From: Gracilinanus agilis
Lineage: Eukaryota
Length of the DNA: 64,000 nucleotides
Direction of reading: 5' to 3'
Assembly: GCF_016433145.1 (NCBI RefSeq)
Contig: NC_058134.1
Location: forward strand, 69,078,421 to 69,142,420
Shown here one piece after another: positions 53,393 to 64,000 of this stretch. The stretch's first letter is position 1. Each line of letters opens with the position of its first letter. The translations under genes were made by a program, and so were the position numbers. The notes under the pieces are model-generated. The model saw only the letters and a list, made by a program, of their open reading frames with translations. It was not told where the DNA came from and did not search any database.

Positions 53393-55094
53393 ATGGACCA
53401 TAAAATGGCAGAAGTGGGTGCTGTAGAATGTTTGAAGCTTAGTTAAACATCAGAAAAGCCAAGATCATCCACTGCAACCCACTCCATCACTAATCATCTT
53501 GACTTTTGTCTTGCCACTAGTCTTCCAAGGTTATACAACCTTGGAAAAGAGAGTGAAGCTGTGACTTTGTGCAGCTCTGACTCACTTAAATCTAATTTAA
53601 TCATGAGTCAAAAGACATCACCAGTGATATCATTTTGATCCTCTTTGAGTATGAGGGACAACCAGCCAATAGCTGAACAAATGATGGTATATCAATGTAC
53701 TAGATTACTATTATGTTATAAGAAATGATGAGGTGATGTCAGAGAAACCTGGAAAGACTTGTATGGATTGATGTAGAATAAAGTGGGGAAGAATAACTTA
53801 TGCTATAACTACTATATTATTATAAAAAAAATTGGAAGACTTAAGAACTCTGATCATTGCAATGACCAACTATGACCCCAGAGAACCAGTGATGACCCAG
53901 GGGGATGGACTAAGTATAGAAACATGGTCAATTTATATATGTTTTGTTTAACAAGGCATTTTGTAAGAGAATGTTTTTCTTTCTGGTAAGAGAGCGAGGT
54001 CAGTGGAATAAAAATAAATACTTGACAATTTTTAAGAAGAAAAGGAAAAAGAAAAACAAGGAAAAAGGAAAAGGCACTGAGAACAAAATAAGAAATTAAG
54101 GAATCCCAATGAAAGGCTCTAAAGTTGTCTTAAACTTTATTTTAGTTTATAGAGTTTGATGATATTGATTACAGAATGATCTCTTGAATGATAAGACATG
54201 CTTTCATTGAAGTTAAATGTCCTAATATTGAATGTGCTTAAATGTAATTTAATGCTTATATTTGTATAGTTGGAAATATACTACTTTAAGAAGTATTTGA
54301 TTTGATAATTGATATTAAAAATACAATTTAAAAACTATGTTCTATGTTGAAATGATAAGATGATTTAAGAAAAAGCTTGAAAGATCTGTATGAACTGAAT
54401 CAGAATGAAGTAAGCAGAACTAGGAGAACATTATACACAGAAACAGCAATATTGTACAATGATTGTGAAAATTTGGCTGTTCTCAGCAATACATTGATTA
54501 GGGACAATCCTGGAAGACTTATTTATTACTGGGAAAGCTATCTACCTCTAGGGAAAGAACTGTTGGAGTTGGATGGATCTGATCAAAGCAGACTATCTTT
54601 CACTTCAATGTATTTATGGTTTCATTTTGGGGTTTTGGTTTTGTATGAGTGTGCCCTTACAATGATGGCCAGTATGGAAGTGTATTTTGCATGATAATAA
54701 AAAATTTTAAAAACAATCTTATATCAACTGACAACTGCTTGCAAACTTTATGCAACTGTCCAGAACAGCATCTTGTAGAAAAGTACAGATAGTTCTCTAT
54801 AAAATCAAAATGATAGAGACATGTATTTTTATTCATTTATTATAATCCAAATGTTCTGGGGGTAAGAGGGAAGAAAAAGACCTTTTGTGAGGAAGTTTGG
54901 AGTTGGGTGAAGATTACTAGTAACTTTCACCCAATTTTAATAGATAATTTGTAACTGATGATTATTTTTTAAATTTATATACAATTTGATAGAGCTAGCT
55001 TCAGGAAGGATGTGAGTTCAAGACTTACCCCTTGCATATTGTAGAAAACTAGACACAACAATCATTCTCTGGTGATTTAGGCAAACTTCTAAGC

Positions 55095-55283
55095 CAGTGA
55101 TTCCCAAAGTGGGCACCACCGCCCCCTGGTGGGTGCTGCAGCAACCCAGGAGGCGGTGATGGCCACAGGTGCATTCGGGGACAGTGAATAACTGTAAGGG
55201 GGCAGTGATAGTATGTGACAGGGGGCTAAGTAATATTTTTTCTGGAAAGGGGGCAGTGGACCAAAAAAGTTTGGGAACCGCTG
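55095..55283. mobile_element. hAT MITE of a second family
   Basis: TIRs CAGTGATTCCCAAA / TTTGGGAACCGCTG (12/14). Imperfect TSD (ttctaagc / ctctaaag). GC-rich, retains CpGs. Confidence 0.8.
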
Positions 55284-55771
55284 CTCTAAAGCTATAAAAT
55301 GCAAATAAGCTCCTTAATGTCAAGGAAGGTTTTTTGCCTCTTTTTATATTCTCAGGACTTAGCACAATGCCTGGCACATAATAGGTATTTAGTAAATGTT
55401 TACTGAGTGAATGAAGAAATGTGGATGGATCATTTTCTCATCAGAAGGTCCACAAAAACAATGAAATCACAGGGTTCGTCCCCTCCTCCCAAAAAAAAAA
55501 AAATATTTAACTGCAAAGCTGCCCAGAAGCTGCAACAGAAGCCACCAGGGGATGAGTCTACTTTTGTGGGAGGAATAATGCTCTTAGCCCCAAAACAGCC
55601 TTGTTTTGTTGGCTTTTCTCACCTGAAATCATGAGGAGGCAGGCAAGGGCAATGAAAACCCAGGAGAGACACCGAATATTGGTTTTCTGTCCATGAAAGG
55701 AAACAGAATTTCCCAATGGAATTATGTTTCAAGCTTCATTTGCACAGCTAAGTCTGCTGAAGGGAAACATC

Positions 55772-56730
55772 TGTGAAGTTCAGTAAGATGATGGACTTCT
55801 CTCAACGAATCACTAAAATGGAGCCAGGGAGCTTTTAGATCAAAACAAATTGAGTTTCCAAACCTAAGCTCCAGTTCAGAGAGGACTGAAACAGTCTTTG
55901 TTTTGATTGGTTAAAAGGCTATAGAATATGCAGATAGGATTGAAACAGTCCTTGTTTTGATTGGTTCAAAGGCTATAGAATATGCAGATAGGATTGAAAC
56001 AGTCTTTGTTTTGATTGGTTCAAAGGATATAAAATATGCGGATAGGATTGAAATAGTCCTTGTTTTGATTGGTTAAAAGGATATAGAATATGCAGGTAGG
56101 ATTGAAACAGTCTTTGTTTTGATTGGTTAAAAGGATATAAAATATGCAGATAGGATTGAAACAGCCCTTGTTTTGATTGGCTAAAAGGATATAGAATATG
56201 CAGATAGGACTGAAACAGTCTTTGTTTTGATTGGTTAAAACCACTTGAATAAAACGGATAATTGGTTTTGTAAATTGCATGTTCGGATTAGCTAGCTCTC
56301 CAGATAAGATCATAACTCTCAAGTAAGCAGCCAATGGTGAACAAGGAGGGGGACCATCTTTGCATCAGGGGTTAGGATAAAAGGATCCTGCCTGCTCCTG
56401 TTCTTTGTAGTGACTTGCTGGCTGTAGTCCTGGCTCCAGAGTTTCTCCAGAGGAAGAAGAGACTTTGACACTGACTCCAAGTTCAAGATTCTTTTGAGTA
56501 GGTGGTTGTTTCTCTCTGCAGCTACTGACAGCCCACAAAACAGTTCTTGTTTAAGGTATAAGCCTATAAGTACTGCCCTGTGCTGAGAGCACAGCTAAGG
56601 TCCAAGACCCAAAGAAAGTCAAAGTATGTCATCCCAGATGCTCATCAGGAGGTCCTCCTGTGCAAAGGAGCTCCATTTCCTTTCATTCTTATGTCAGTGG
56701 CATTTTCCTCTTAATCAAGGGAGTGCTAGA
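55772..56730 (+). mobile_element. ERV LTR with an expanded U3 tandem array, antisense to ODAD2 (3' boundary uncertain)
   Basis: Starts TGTGAAG like the 10197 LTR. CCAAT array, GATAAAAG box at 56376-56383, R-like region with a GTAGGT donor. Confidence 0.65.
55883..56240 (+). repeat. Minisatellite, 54-bp unit x6.6, one inverted CCAAT box (GATTGG) per unit
   Basis: Units start at 55883, 55937, 55991, 56045, 56099, 56153 and 56207 (partial). Consensus GGATTGAAACAGTCTTTGTTTTGATTGGTTAAAAGGATATAGAATATGCAGATA. Confidence 0.98.
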
Positions 56731-58236
56731 GGTAGCTTGAACCCACCAGATAGAGAGTAAACTGGTAAATTTTCAATATGAATGTTTACACATTGGAAAT
56801 TGACAAACACTACAAAATGTCTTGATTTACTATTTTGTTGTTGGCTAGATTTAAGAAAATGTCAATAACTCAAAGGAAACTTAAAAGTGTTTCATGGGTG
56901 TATTTTTCCCTCTGAGAGATGACTGTTAAAATATTTCTCAGTACATCTCTGTCTATAGGTCTGATACATAAAAAAAAAATTACTTTTTGGCAACTAAAAT
57001 GGTCCCCAAATGGAATAAGGTACGTAATGGGCAGCGAGTTCCCTATAACTGGAAAGGTTCAAACAAAGTTTGGATGATGTTTACTCCTTCAAAAAAAAAT
57101 CAGGAATATTGTAGTGAGAATTCCAGTATGAGGTGGGAAGTTGGATTAGATTAACTGTTAAGTTTCTTCCAACTCTGTGAATGAAAATTCCTGAAACCTA
57201 ACCCTATTTTGTATTTTCTTAGGGTTCCATAAGGCAGTGCTGTGGAATTTGCTGCGGCCGAAACAGTCTGGAATAGTAAGATCCATATCCCGCTTAAGGT
57301 TTGATTATTTCCTCTTAAAAGATAATGCTTGCAATTTGGCTATCAGACATTTCTACTCAGGTAGCCCAAGCCTAGGAGATTGATGTCAACTAGGGGGATA
57401 TAACTATTTTATTAGGAAGGGAACCACAGATTTTCTCATACAGATTTGGTTTGAAATAAAAAAGTAAATATGTAATTAAGCACTAATTATCCACATAGGA
57501 ATATAAAGAATAGGCATTGAGTCAAAGTTATTTTTAGTTTGTTTTGTTTAGTTTTGTTTGGGGGGCAGCCAGGGGTATAGAGGACAGAATACCAGGTGTG
57601 GAATTAAGAAAACCTACATTCAAATCAGACAATTACTCATGGTGTGTAACCATGAGCAAGTCAATGATACTCTCAGCTTTAGGGTCCCTTGTTTGTAAAA
57701 TGGGGGAAATAGTATCTGTTTTGGGAAGCAGCTAGGCATTGCATTGGAAAAAAAATATTTTCTTTCCCCTTCTTCCCATTACCCCTATTTCACAGGGTGG
57801 TGAAGACCAAATGAAATTATACATACATGCACATATATAAAATACATACTATATAAAATATATGCTATATATATGTGTGTATATACATATAAACATTTAT
57901 AAATTTGTAAAAATTATAAAAAATATATACATTTATATCACTTTGAAAACCTTAAATACTATATAAATAGTACCTATCATTGTAAAAGGAACAACCCAGA
58001 TACTGACATTCTCCAATTTCTCTGTTCTGGTTATGAGCCAGAGATATTTTTCAAGAGACCTTCAAAAATTGTACCAGGAGCCATTGTACTGTGTCGGGGG
58101 CCAGACCCCTGTTAACCTATAGTTTATACTTATATCCTGAAGTCTTAACTATAAGAAAACATGTAATACAGACATGAAAGATGTTCTGATTACTACAGAA
58201 ATCAATTCAATACATTTCTTGACCAATCTAAAGTTG

Positions 58237-58421
58237 NNNNNNNNNNNNNNNNNNNNNNNNNNNNNNNNNNNNNNNNNNNNNNNNNNNNNNNNNNNNNNNN
58301 NNNNNNNNNNNNNNNNNNNNNNNNNNNNNNNNNNNNNNNNNNNNNNNNNNNNNNNNNNNNNNNNNNNNNNNNNNNNNNNNNNNNNNNNNNNNNNNNNNNN
58401 NNNNNNNNNNNNNNNNNNNNN
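58237..58421. other. Assembly gap (185 N)
   Basis: Run of n. Confidence 1.
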
Positions 58422-58429
58422 GCAACACA

Positions 58430-58441
58430 TGCCATGGCAAC
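58430..58441. promoter_or_regulatory. RFX X-box core TGCCATGGCAAC
   Basis: 12 of 14 positions of the palindrome GTTGCCATGGCAAC. Function untested. Confidence 0.45.
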
Positions 58442-59239
58442 TGAAAGCATATGTTTCCACTGTTACTTTTAATCAAAAACAACCCTATTTTTTAAGGGAA
58501 GGTTTCTTTCTATTTCTTTTTGGTCATAAAAAAAAAAACAACTAAAGAAATGAACTGAAATTATTTCCAGTTTTGAATGTCCTGAAAATAAAATTAAAAT
58601 TTCTTTAAAAGACATTTTTCAGGATTAAAAATTCACATTTTTCTTCAGAACATCTGATTGACTGCGTTAAAGTAAAGCAAACTGGTCCCCCTACAAATGG
58701 CTAGGGATTAATTTGTCAAAGAGAGAAAAAATGTAGAGAGAACTTTAAAAAAGCCCTTACCTTCCATCTTAGAATCAATATTAAGTATTGATGCCAAGGC
58801 ACAAGAGTAGTAAAGAATAGGCAATTTGGTTTAAGTGACTTGTCAAGGATCACACAACTGGGATGTGTCTGGGGCCAGATTTGAACTCAGGACCTACCAT
58901 GTCTACCCCTCTCTATCCACTGAGCCACCTAGCTGTCCTGAGAAAACAATTTTAAGAAAAGAGACATCAGAGCCAGTAAGTAGCACAATAGATAGAATAC
59001 CAGCCCTGGAGGTGAGAGGTTCAAATTTGGTCTCGGGCATTTCCTAGCTGTATAATCCTGGATGTCATTTAGTCCTCATTGCTCCTTTGCCTTAGAACCA
59101 ATACATAGAATTGATTCTAAGAAAAAAGGTAAAAGTTTTTGAAAAGAAAAGAAAAGCATGTTGGAGTGGGAAGAGAAATGTGGGATCTTCCAAACAGATA
59201 TCTATTTTTTAAGGGCCAGCCTAGCAAACTACAAAGAGT

Positions 59240-59240
<1 letters not shown>

Positions 59241-59273
<33 letters not shown>
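59241..59273. repeat. (TCA)11 microsatellite
   Basis: Read directly. It explains the poly-His, poly-Ser and poly-Asp ORFs here. Confidence 0.98.
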
Positions 59274-59284
59274 GGCTGGCCACA

Positions 59285-59296
59285 TGCCATGGCAAC
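59285..59296. promoter_or_regulatory. RFX X-box core TGCCATGGCAAC
   Basis: Same 12-mer. Shares the 16-mer CACATGCCATGGCAAC with the 58426 site. Function untested. Confidence 0.45.
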
Positions 59297-60329
59297 CCAC
59301 AAAACCAAATGCGAGATGGCACTCTAACAGCCTCCTTCCACTTTGGCATCGATGGTGGCAAGCATGAAGAATCACACCATTTGCAGACTATCTACAAAGA
59401 TTACCAGCAATAGAGAATCTAAAGGTAAGATCCACATCCAGCAAATGATGAGTTGAAATGCTACTGGAAGAATTATATCATCTTAAAATGCTTCCTAGAA
59501 TGACAGAAATGTCATTTCCTCAAAGAAAAGAACTGTTTCACTTTTGGCTTTATATGTGAAGTACCTAGCACATTGTAGACACTAAATGATTGTTAATTAA
59601 TTGAAATGAAGCCAAAGAACAAGAAGAAGTTGCAGCTTAATGGAAAAATGGTTTATATATTCTCCTTAGATGGGCACATCAAGGAGCTGTCAGAATTGAT
59701 TTTTTCATGTTTCCAAAGGAAAAAAAGAAATATTTTGTGTGACATCTGGTTAACTTAAAGTGCTTGGGGAAAGCAAATGCAAAAACCCACAATGAAAATA
59801 ATAACAGCGAATGTGCCAACAACTGTTGTAAGAGATGATGAGACAGGGAAGTTCTATGGAAAACTTATCAAGATCTTCAATGTTCGGGCAGCACATTATT
59901 TTAATGTTCCATGACGGTGATACAAAGTTAGAGAAAACACTGAAAATGTGCTATTAAAATGGCTCAGGGGAAATACATGAGATTGTTCAAAGGCTTGTAG
60001 ACTTCATAGAAGCCTCCTGCATTTCTGTCATGAGTAAGTTCTTCAAAGAGAGAGGAAAGAGGTAGAGAATAAGGCAAGAACCGATTAGCAGCAAAGATGA
60101 ACTGTGCATGATCAGGCAGGCAGGAAATGGGCAAAACCCTGTAAAGTCAGGCAATTGATTGGTGGGGGGCATATATCATAGTCAATACTAAGTTAGAAGG
60201 AAGAATCGAAATGAGAAGATGCATACAACTGAAGCAACATGACCTATTTAAAGAAACAGTAGATATTTTTAAATGATTACATAAAAGAAAAGATATCCAC
60301 AGAAATTGTAATTGTTTCCTAAGTTCTTG

Positions 60330-60930
60330 GCAACTGGTCCCATCACTTCCTGGCAAATAGAGGGAGAAGAAATAGAAGCAGTGCCATGTTTTATATTTTG
60401 GGGGCATCAAGATTACTGCACACAGTTACTACAGCCATGAAATGAAAAGATGTGTGCTCCTTAGAAGGTGAGCTATGGCAAATCTGGACAACATACTAAA
60501 AAGCAGAGATATCACCATAACACCAAAGGTCTATATAGTCAAAGCTACAGTTTTTCCAGGATTGATATATATGGCTATGAGAGTTGGATTATAAGGAAAG
60601 CTGAGAGCTACAGAATCAACGCTTTCAAATTGTGGTGCTGGAGAAGGCTTTTGAGGGTCTCTTGGACAGCAAGGAAATTAAATCAGCCAAGACTTAAAGA
60701 AATTAATTCAGACTATTCACTAGAAAGTGAAATACTGGAGCTGAACCTTAAGTACTTTGGCCTCATAAAGAGAAGACTGGACTCACAAAAGCAGAAGGAG
60801 ATGGCAGAGAAGGAGATGGATAGATAGTGTCATAGAAACAATGAACATGAATTTGGATGGACTTCAAGAGATGGTAAAGGACAGAAGGACCTGGCATGCT
60901 TTGGTCCATGGGGTCATGACAACAAAGTAA
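60330..60930 (+). mobile_element. BovB-like RTE LINE 3' fragment
   Basis: Peptides HEMKRCVLL..AMANLDNILKSRDIT and INAFKLWCWRRLLRVSWTARKLNQPRLKEINSDYSLE..LKYFG (ORF 60468..60827), typical of the BovB ORF C-terminus. Confidence 0.85.
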
Positions 60931-62468
60931 AAAAGGAACAGATAGGCTTCCATAGAATACCACAATTTATAATCATATAATTGACTGAAAAATGTAGAAA
61001 ACCCAAGATCTCACTTCTTTATTGTTAACTAAAAAAACCTGACTCAATAGAGAAATAAAACTGCCTTAAAGGCTCTTTTTTCAATAAGGTTTCTACCATG
61101 CATATGTCAAATGATACAATATTACTTGAAAAAAACTATCAAACTATCACTATTCAGTGACCTTCTGACAATTAATATCAGTCAAGATTTGGTATTTGTA
61201 CTGTTATGGAGGATGTCTAAGCCATAGCCAAATGGAAGAATTTCTTTCATCATAATAATCATAAATAATTATATATAATATGATTATATGTAATATGTAA
61301 TTATATAATTATATATAATAATTAATAAAAATATAAAGAATAAAAAAGAAACTCTTTATAATGAGGTACTCCAGATGCTTCTGTTTATAGTTGCTATTGT
61401 AATAATTACATCTAGACCCAGAATCTCCAAGAACTTTTTAAATTTTTATTTCAAGATTATATGTCGATACATTTTTCTGGCATTTTGACATCCATGTTCT
61501 CTCTCTCCTTCCCTCTCCTCTACACTCCCTGAGTTGGCATACAATATATTTTCCCATCTTTGTTATGTTGTGAAAAAGACACATATCACTTATGCTAGAG
61601 GAAAATTCATAAAGGAAATAAAGAGTGGTATTGAGAAGATTTATTTTTAACATATTCTGAATTCTTAAATCTGACTTGGGAATTAAAAGTTCCAATCAGT
61701 TCTTTGACCTTTGTATTCTTTCCTTTGTTCTTGGAAATACAAGGAATGTTTCCCCCTCAGAAAACATGGTTAGCAGAAAAGGGAGATAATAAAGTTCTTC
61801 CTCTAGGTTACAGGACTCCTCACCATTCCCCAGGAGATGGAGAGGGGTTGATGGCCAACCTCGTCATCAACTATTCACCAATTAGAGATGTCTTGGGATG
61901 TCCAAAGAAATGACTGAATAATAAGCTCCCAAATTATATTCATGGAACTTCATGAAAGAACTTCCTTGTCTTTGATCATCAAGATTCTCAGAGAACACTA
62001 ATTTATTGATTAACATTTTTAACTACCAGTCTTTCAAAAAATTTTAATTGTCACAGTATGGTTCAATCTGAATTCAGATTCCATCAGTTCCTTCTATGGC
62101 AGTGCAGTCTTTTTTGTCATGAGTCCTTTGGAGTTACCTTGGATCTTTGTATTGCTGATAATAGTTGTCATTCACAGTTGATCATTGTATGTTATTGCTG
62201 TTACTGTGTATAACATTCTCATGGTTCTACTTAATTATACTTTGTATCATTTCATGTCTTTCCAGGCTTTGTTTTGTTTTGTTTGTGATCATCTTATTTG
62301 TCACTTCTTATAGCATAATAATATTCCATTACAATTTTGTACTGAACTTGTTCAGCTATTCCCCAATCGATAGACACCCCCTCAGTTTCCAATTCTTTGC
62401 CAGCCCCAAAAGAGCTGCTTTTGGCAACCAAGATGCCAGGTAGAGAACAATGAACTTCCCCAAACCAT

Positions 62469-62523
<55 letters not shown>

Positions 62524-62689
62524 CTCGACACAAATTTTGGAGCAGCAGAACCAACAAAAGATGGAGAGAAGTAGAATTTCACCTAAAAATTCTTTTTAAA
62601 AAGTGAAATTTGTAGTCATTTGAAAGAGTTTCACTTATCTTTCCGACCCAACTTTATACATAATGAAAGGATGAAGAATGCCTGTTGTC

Positions 62690-63235
62690 AAGACAGTTGT
62701 AGAATTGAAGAGCAATGCAGAGCTAGCCCATCAACACAAAAAACAGATCCTGGGCAAGGATGTTACTCTGGGTCTGAAACTAAATTGTAGACCAGATTGC
62801 CTTTTTTTAAAAAATGCTCAATGCTTTTAATGGCCCCAAGCGTCTCTCCAAAACAAAGGCTCCCATTTGAACATGAATATCCCCATCTATAAATCATGAA
62901 ATTAGCATAGCTTCTCAATAATTCAGGTTGAAGTTTGATCAAAGGGTAATCGAGGTGGACATTGTGGGTAGGCTATATCACATTATTCACAATGAACAGC
63001 AATGTAAGGATGTTGTAGAGAGAAGCATAATCAGAAAGGAGTTAAGCACATGGCAAGATGCCAACCATAACCTGAATACCCTGTTTCTATCTACACTATG
63101 TCCTGGAGGAAAGCCCCAACACATCAGGCATACCCTAACGTAGGATATTATGAGAGTCTGTGGACATGAGTCTCACAATTTCTGACACGTGTCTATGAGG
63201 GATTACCCACACTGATGAGATCAAACACCCATCAA
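62690..63235 (+). mobile_element. Decayed RTE 3' fragment, same type as the 23.5-26.2 kb element
   Basis: By-eye similarity to the marsupial RTE 3' end, ending ...cccacactgatgagatc.... Confidence 0.55.
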
Positions 63236-63716
63236 AGTATTATTTAATTCAATCCAAAGAGCAAACAACACAATGGCACTTTCAGAGACAAATAACCAAC
63301 TTTGTCAAAAAGGATCTGCCAAATAGTAGAGACAAATAAATGTTCCCAATTGCTTAAACTCTAAATATATTTCAGAGCCTAAAATTATTTCAGTAGATCT
63401 ATTTTCATGGCAATTGGTTTATAAAAGCTACCTGGTGGGTTTCCAGTATTTATATTCTTATTAATTTATTTAAACAGTGAACTACAGTCCAACTAGTATG
63501 TACCAAGAAATATGCCTCTTCTAATGAAGTTGCCCCCCAAAGATGGGACATATGTGTGATAAACACTGGGTTTGGAGTCAGAATATCTGGATTCTGGCTC
63601 TAAGTCCACCATAATACCAGCTATATGACTGGGAGTAAGTCCTTTAAGCAATCTGACCCTGAATTTCATTCTCTATCAGATAGAGATAATAATATTTACA
63701 TTACTGGTACCACCAG

Positions 63717-63730
63717 GTTGCCATGGCAAA
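63717..63730. promoter_or_regulatory. RFX X-box GTTGCCATGGCAAA inside a MIR-like SINE
   Basis: 13/14 match to GTTGCCATGGCAAC. Function untested. Confidence 0.45.
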
Positions 63731-64000
63731 AATGTTTTGTAAACTGGGAAGGATGCTTCATAAGTTTTTAGAACACTCTACTATTGTTATTATGTAGTAG
63801 AGAAACATAGAACACGATCATCTCCAGAGAACTAAAAATGAATATCACATAGAGGGCAATGGAGAGACAAGTGGTAGGTATGAGTAGGTGTAAACATATA
63901 ACCAATGAGAAAGTTTGAAGAACATAAGAACAAGAATAAAAGATGACATCCGGAGAATATGGTTGGGGCTATTGGGTAGTCCAGTTCAAATCTGGCCTCA

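Noticed and set aside
55883-56240. CRISPR-like array or 18-aa repeat protein (ORF 56020..56334)
   Set aside because: The units are contiguous with no unique spacers and the context is mammalian. The ORF is a by-product of a 54-bp (3n) unit.
59117-59367. Poly-His, poly-Ser and poly-Asp ORFs
   Set aside because: These are readings of the (TCA)11 microsatellite and an adjacent SINE tail.
61255-61335. AT-rich quasi-palindromic tracts (also ~44780-44890 and 57830-57930)
   Set aside because: Ordinary low-complexity (TA)n decay with no defined stem or motif.

Overview
This is mammalian genomic DNA, very probably marsupial and most likely a didelphid such as Monodelphis, judged from SINE1_Mdo-type SINEs and marsupial RTE, L1 and hAT families recognised by eye. 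It is AT-rich, CpG-poor, repeat-dense and has four N gaps. The whole window lies inside ODAD2 (ARMC4, outer dynein arm docking subunit 2) on the minus strand. Four coding exons splice in frame with GT-AG junctions: 52310-52126, 49328-49215, 45457-45310 and 1910-1764, equivalent to human exons ~8-11 (numbering from memory). A 43.4-kb intron separates the last two. The introns hold L1, RTE, L2 and CR1 fragments, many SINEs, hAT MITEs, an ERV integrase remnant and at least five LTRs. The leads are regulatory rather than new proteins: (1) two sense-oriented LTRs with a TATA box and strong splice donors that could be internal ODAD2 promoters; (2) an antisense LTR with a 54-bp x6.6 array of CCAAT boxes, followed by a textbook plus-strand 3' splice site; (3) three exact copies of a 12-bp RFX X-box core within 5.3 kb, plus X-box-like sites in two LTRs, in a motile-cilia gene; (4) a weak-site, frame-symmetric candidate cassette exon; (5) two hAT MITEs with shared ends but unrelated interiors; (6) an unassigned 2.3-kb segment carrying a 601-bp opposite-skew insert. 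Repeat names and boundaries are by-eye calls, not database results, and none of the regulatory ideas is supported by expression data.
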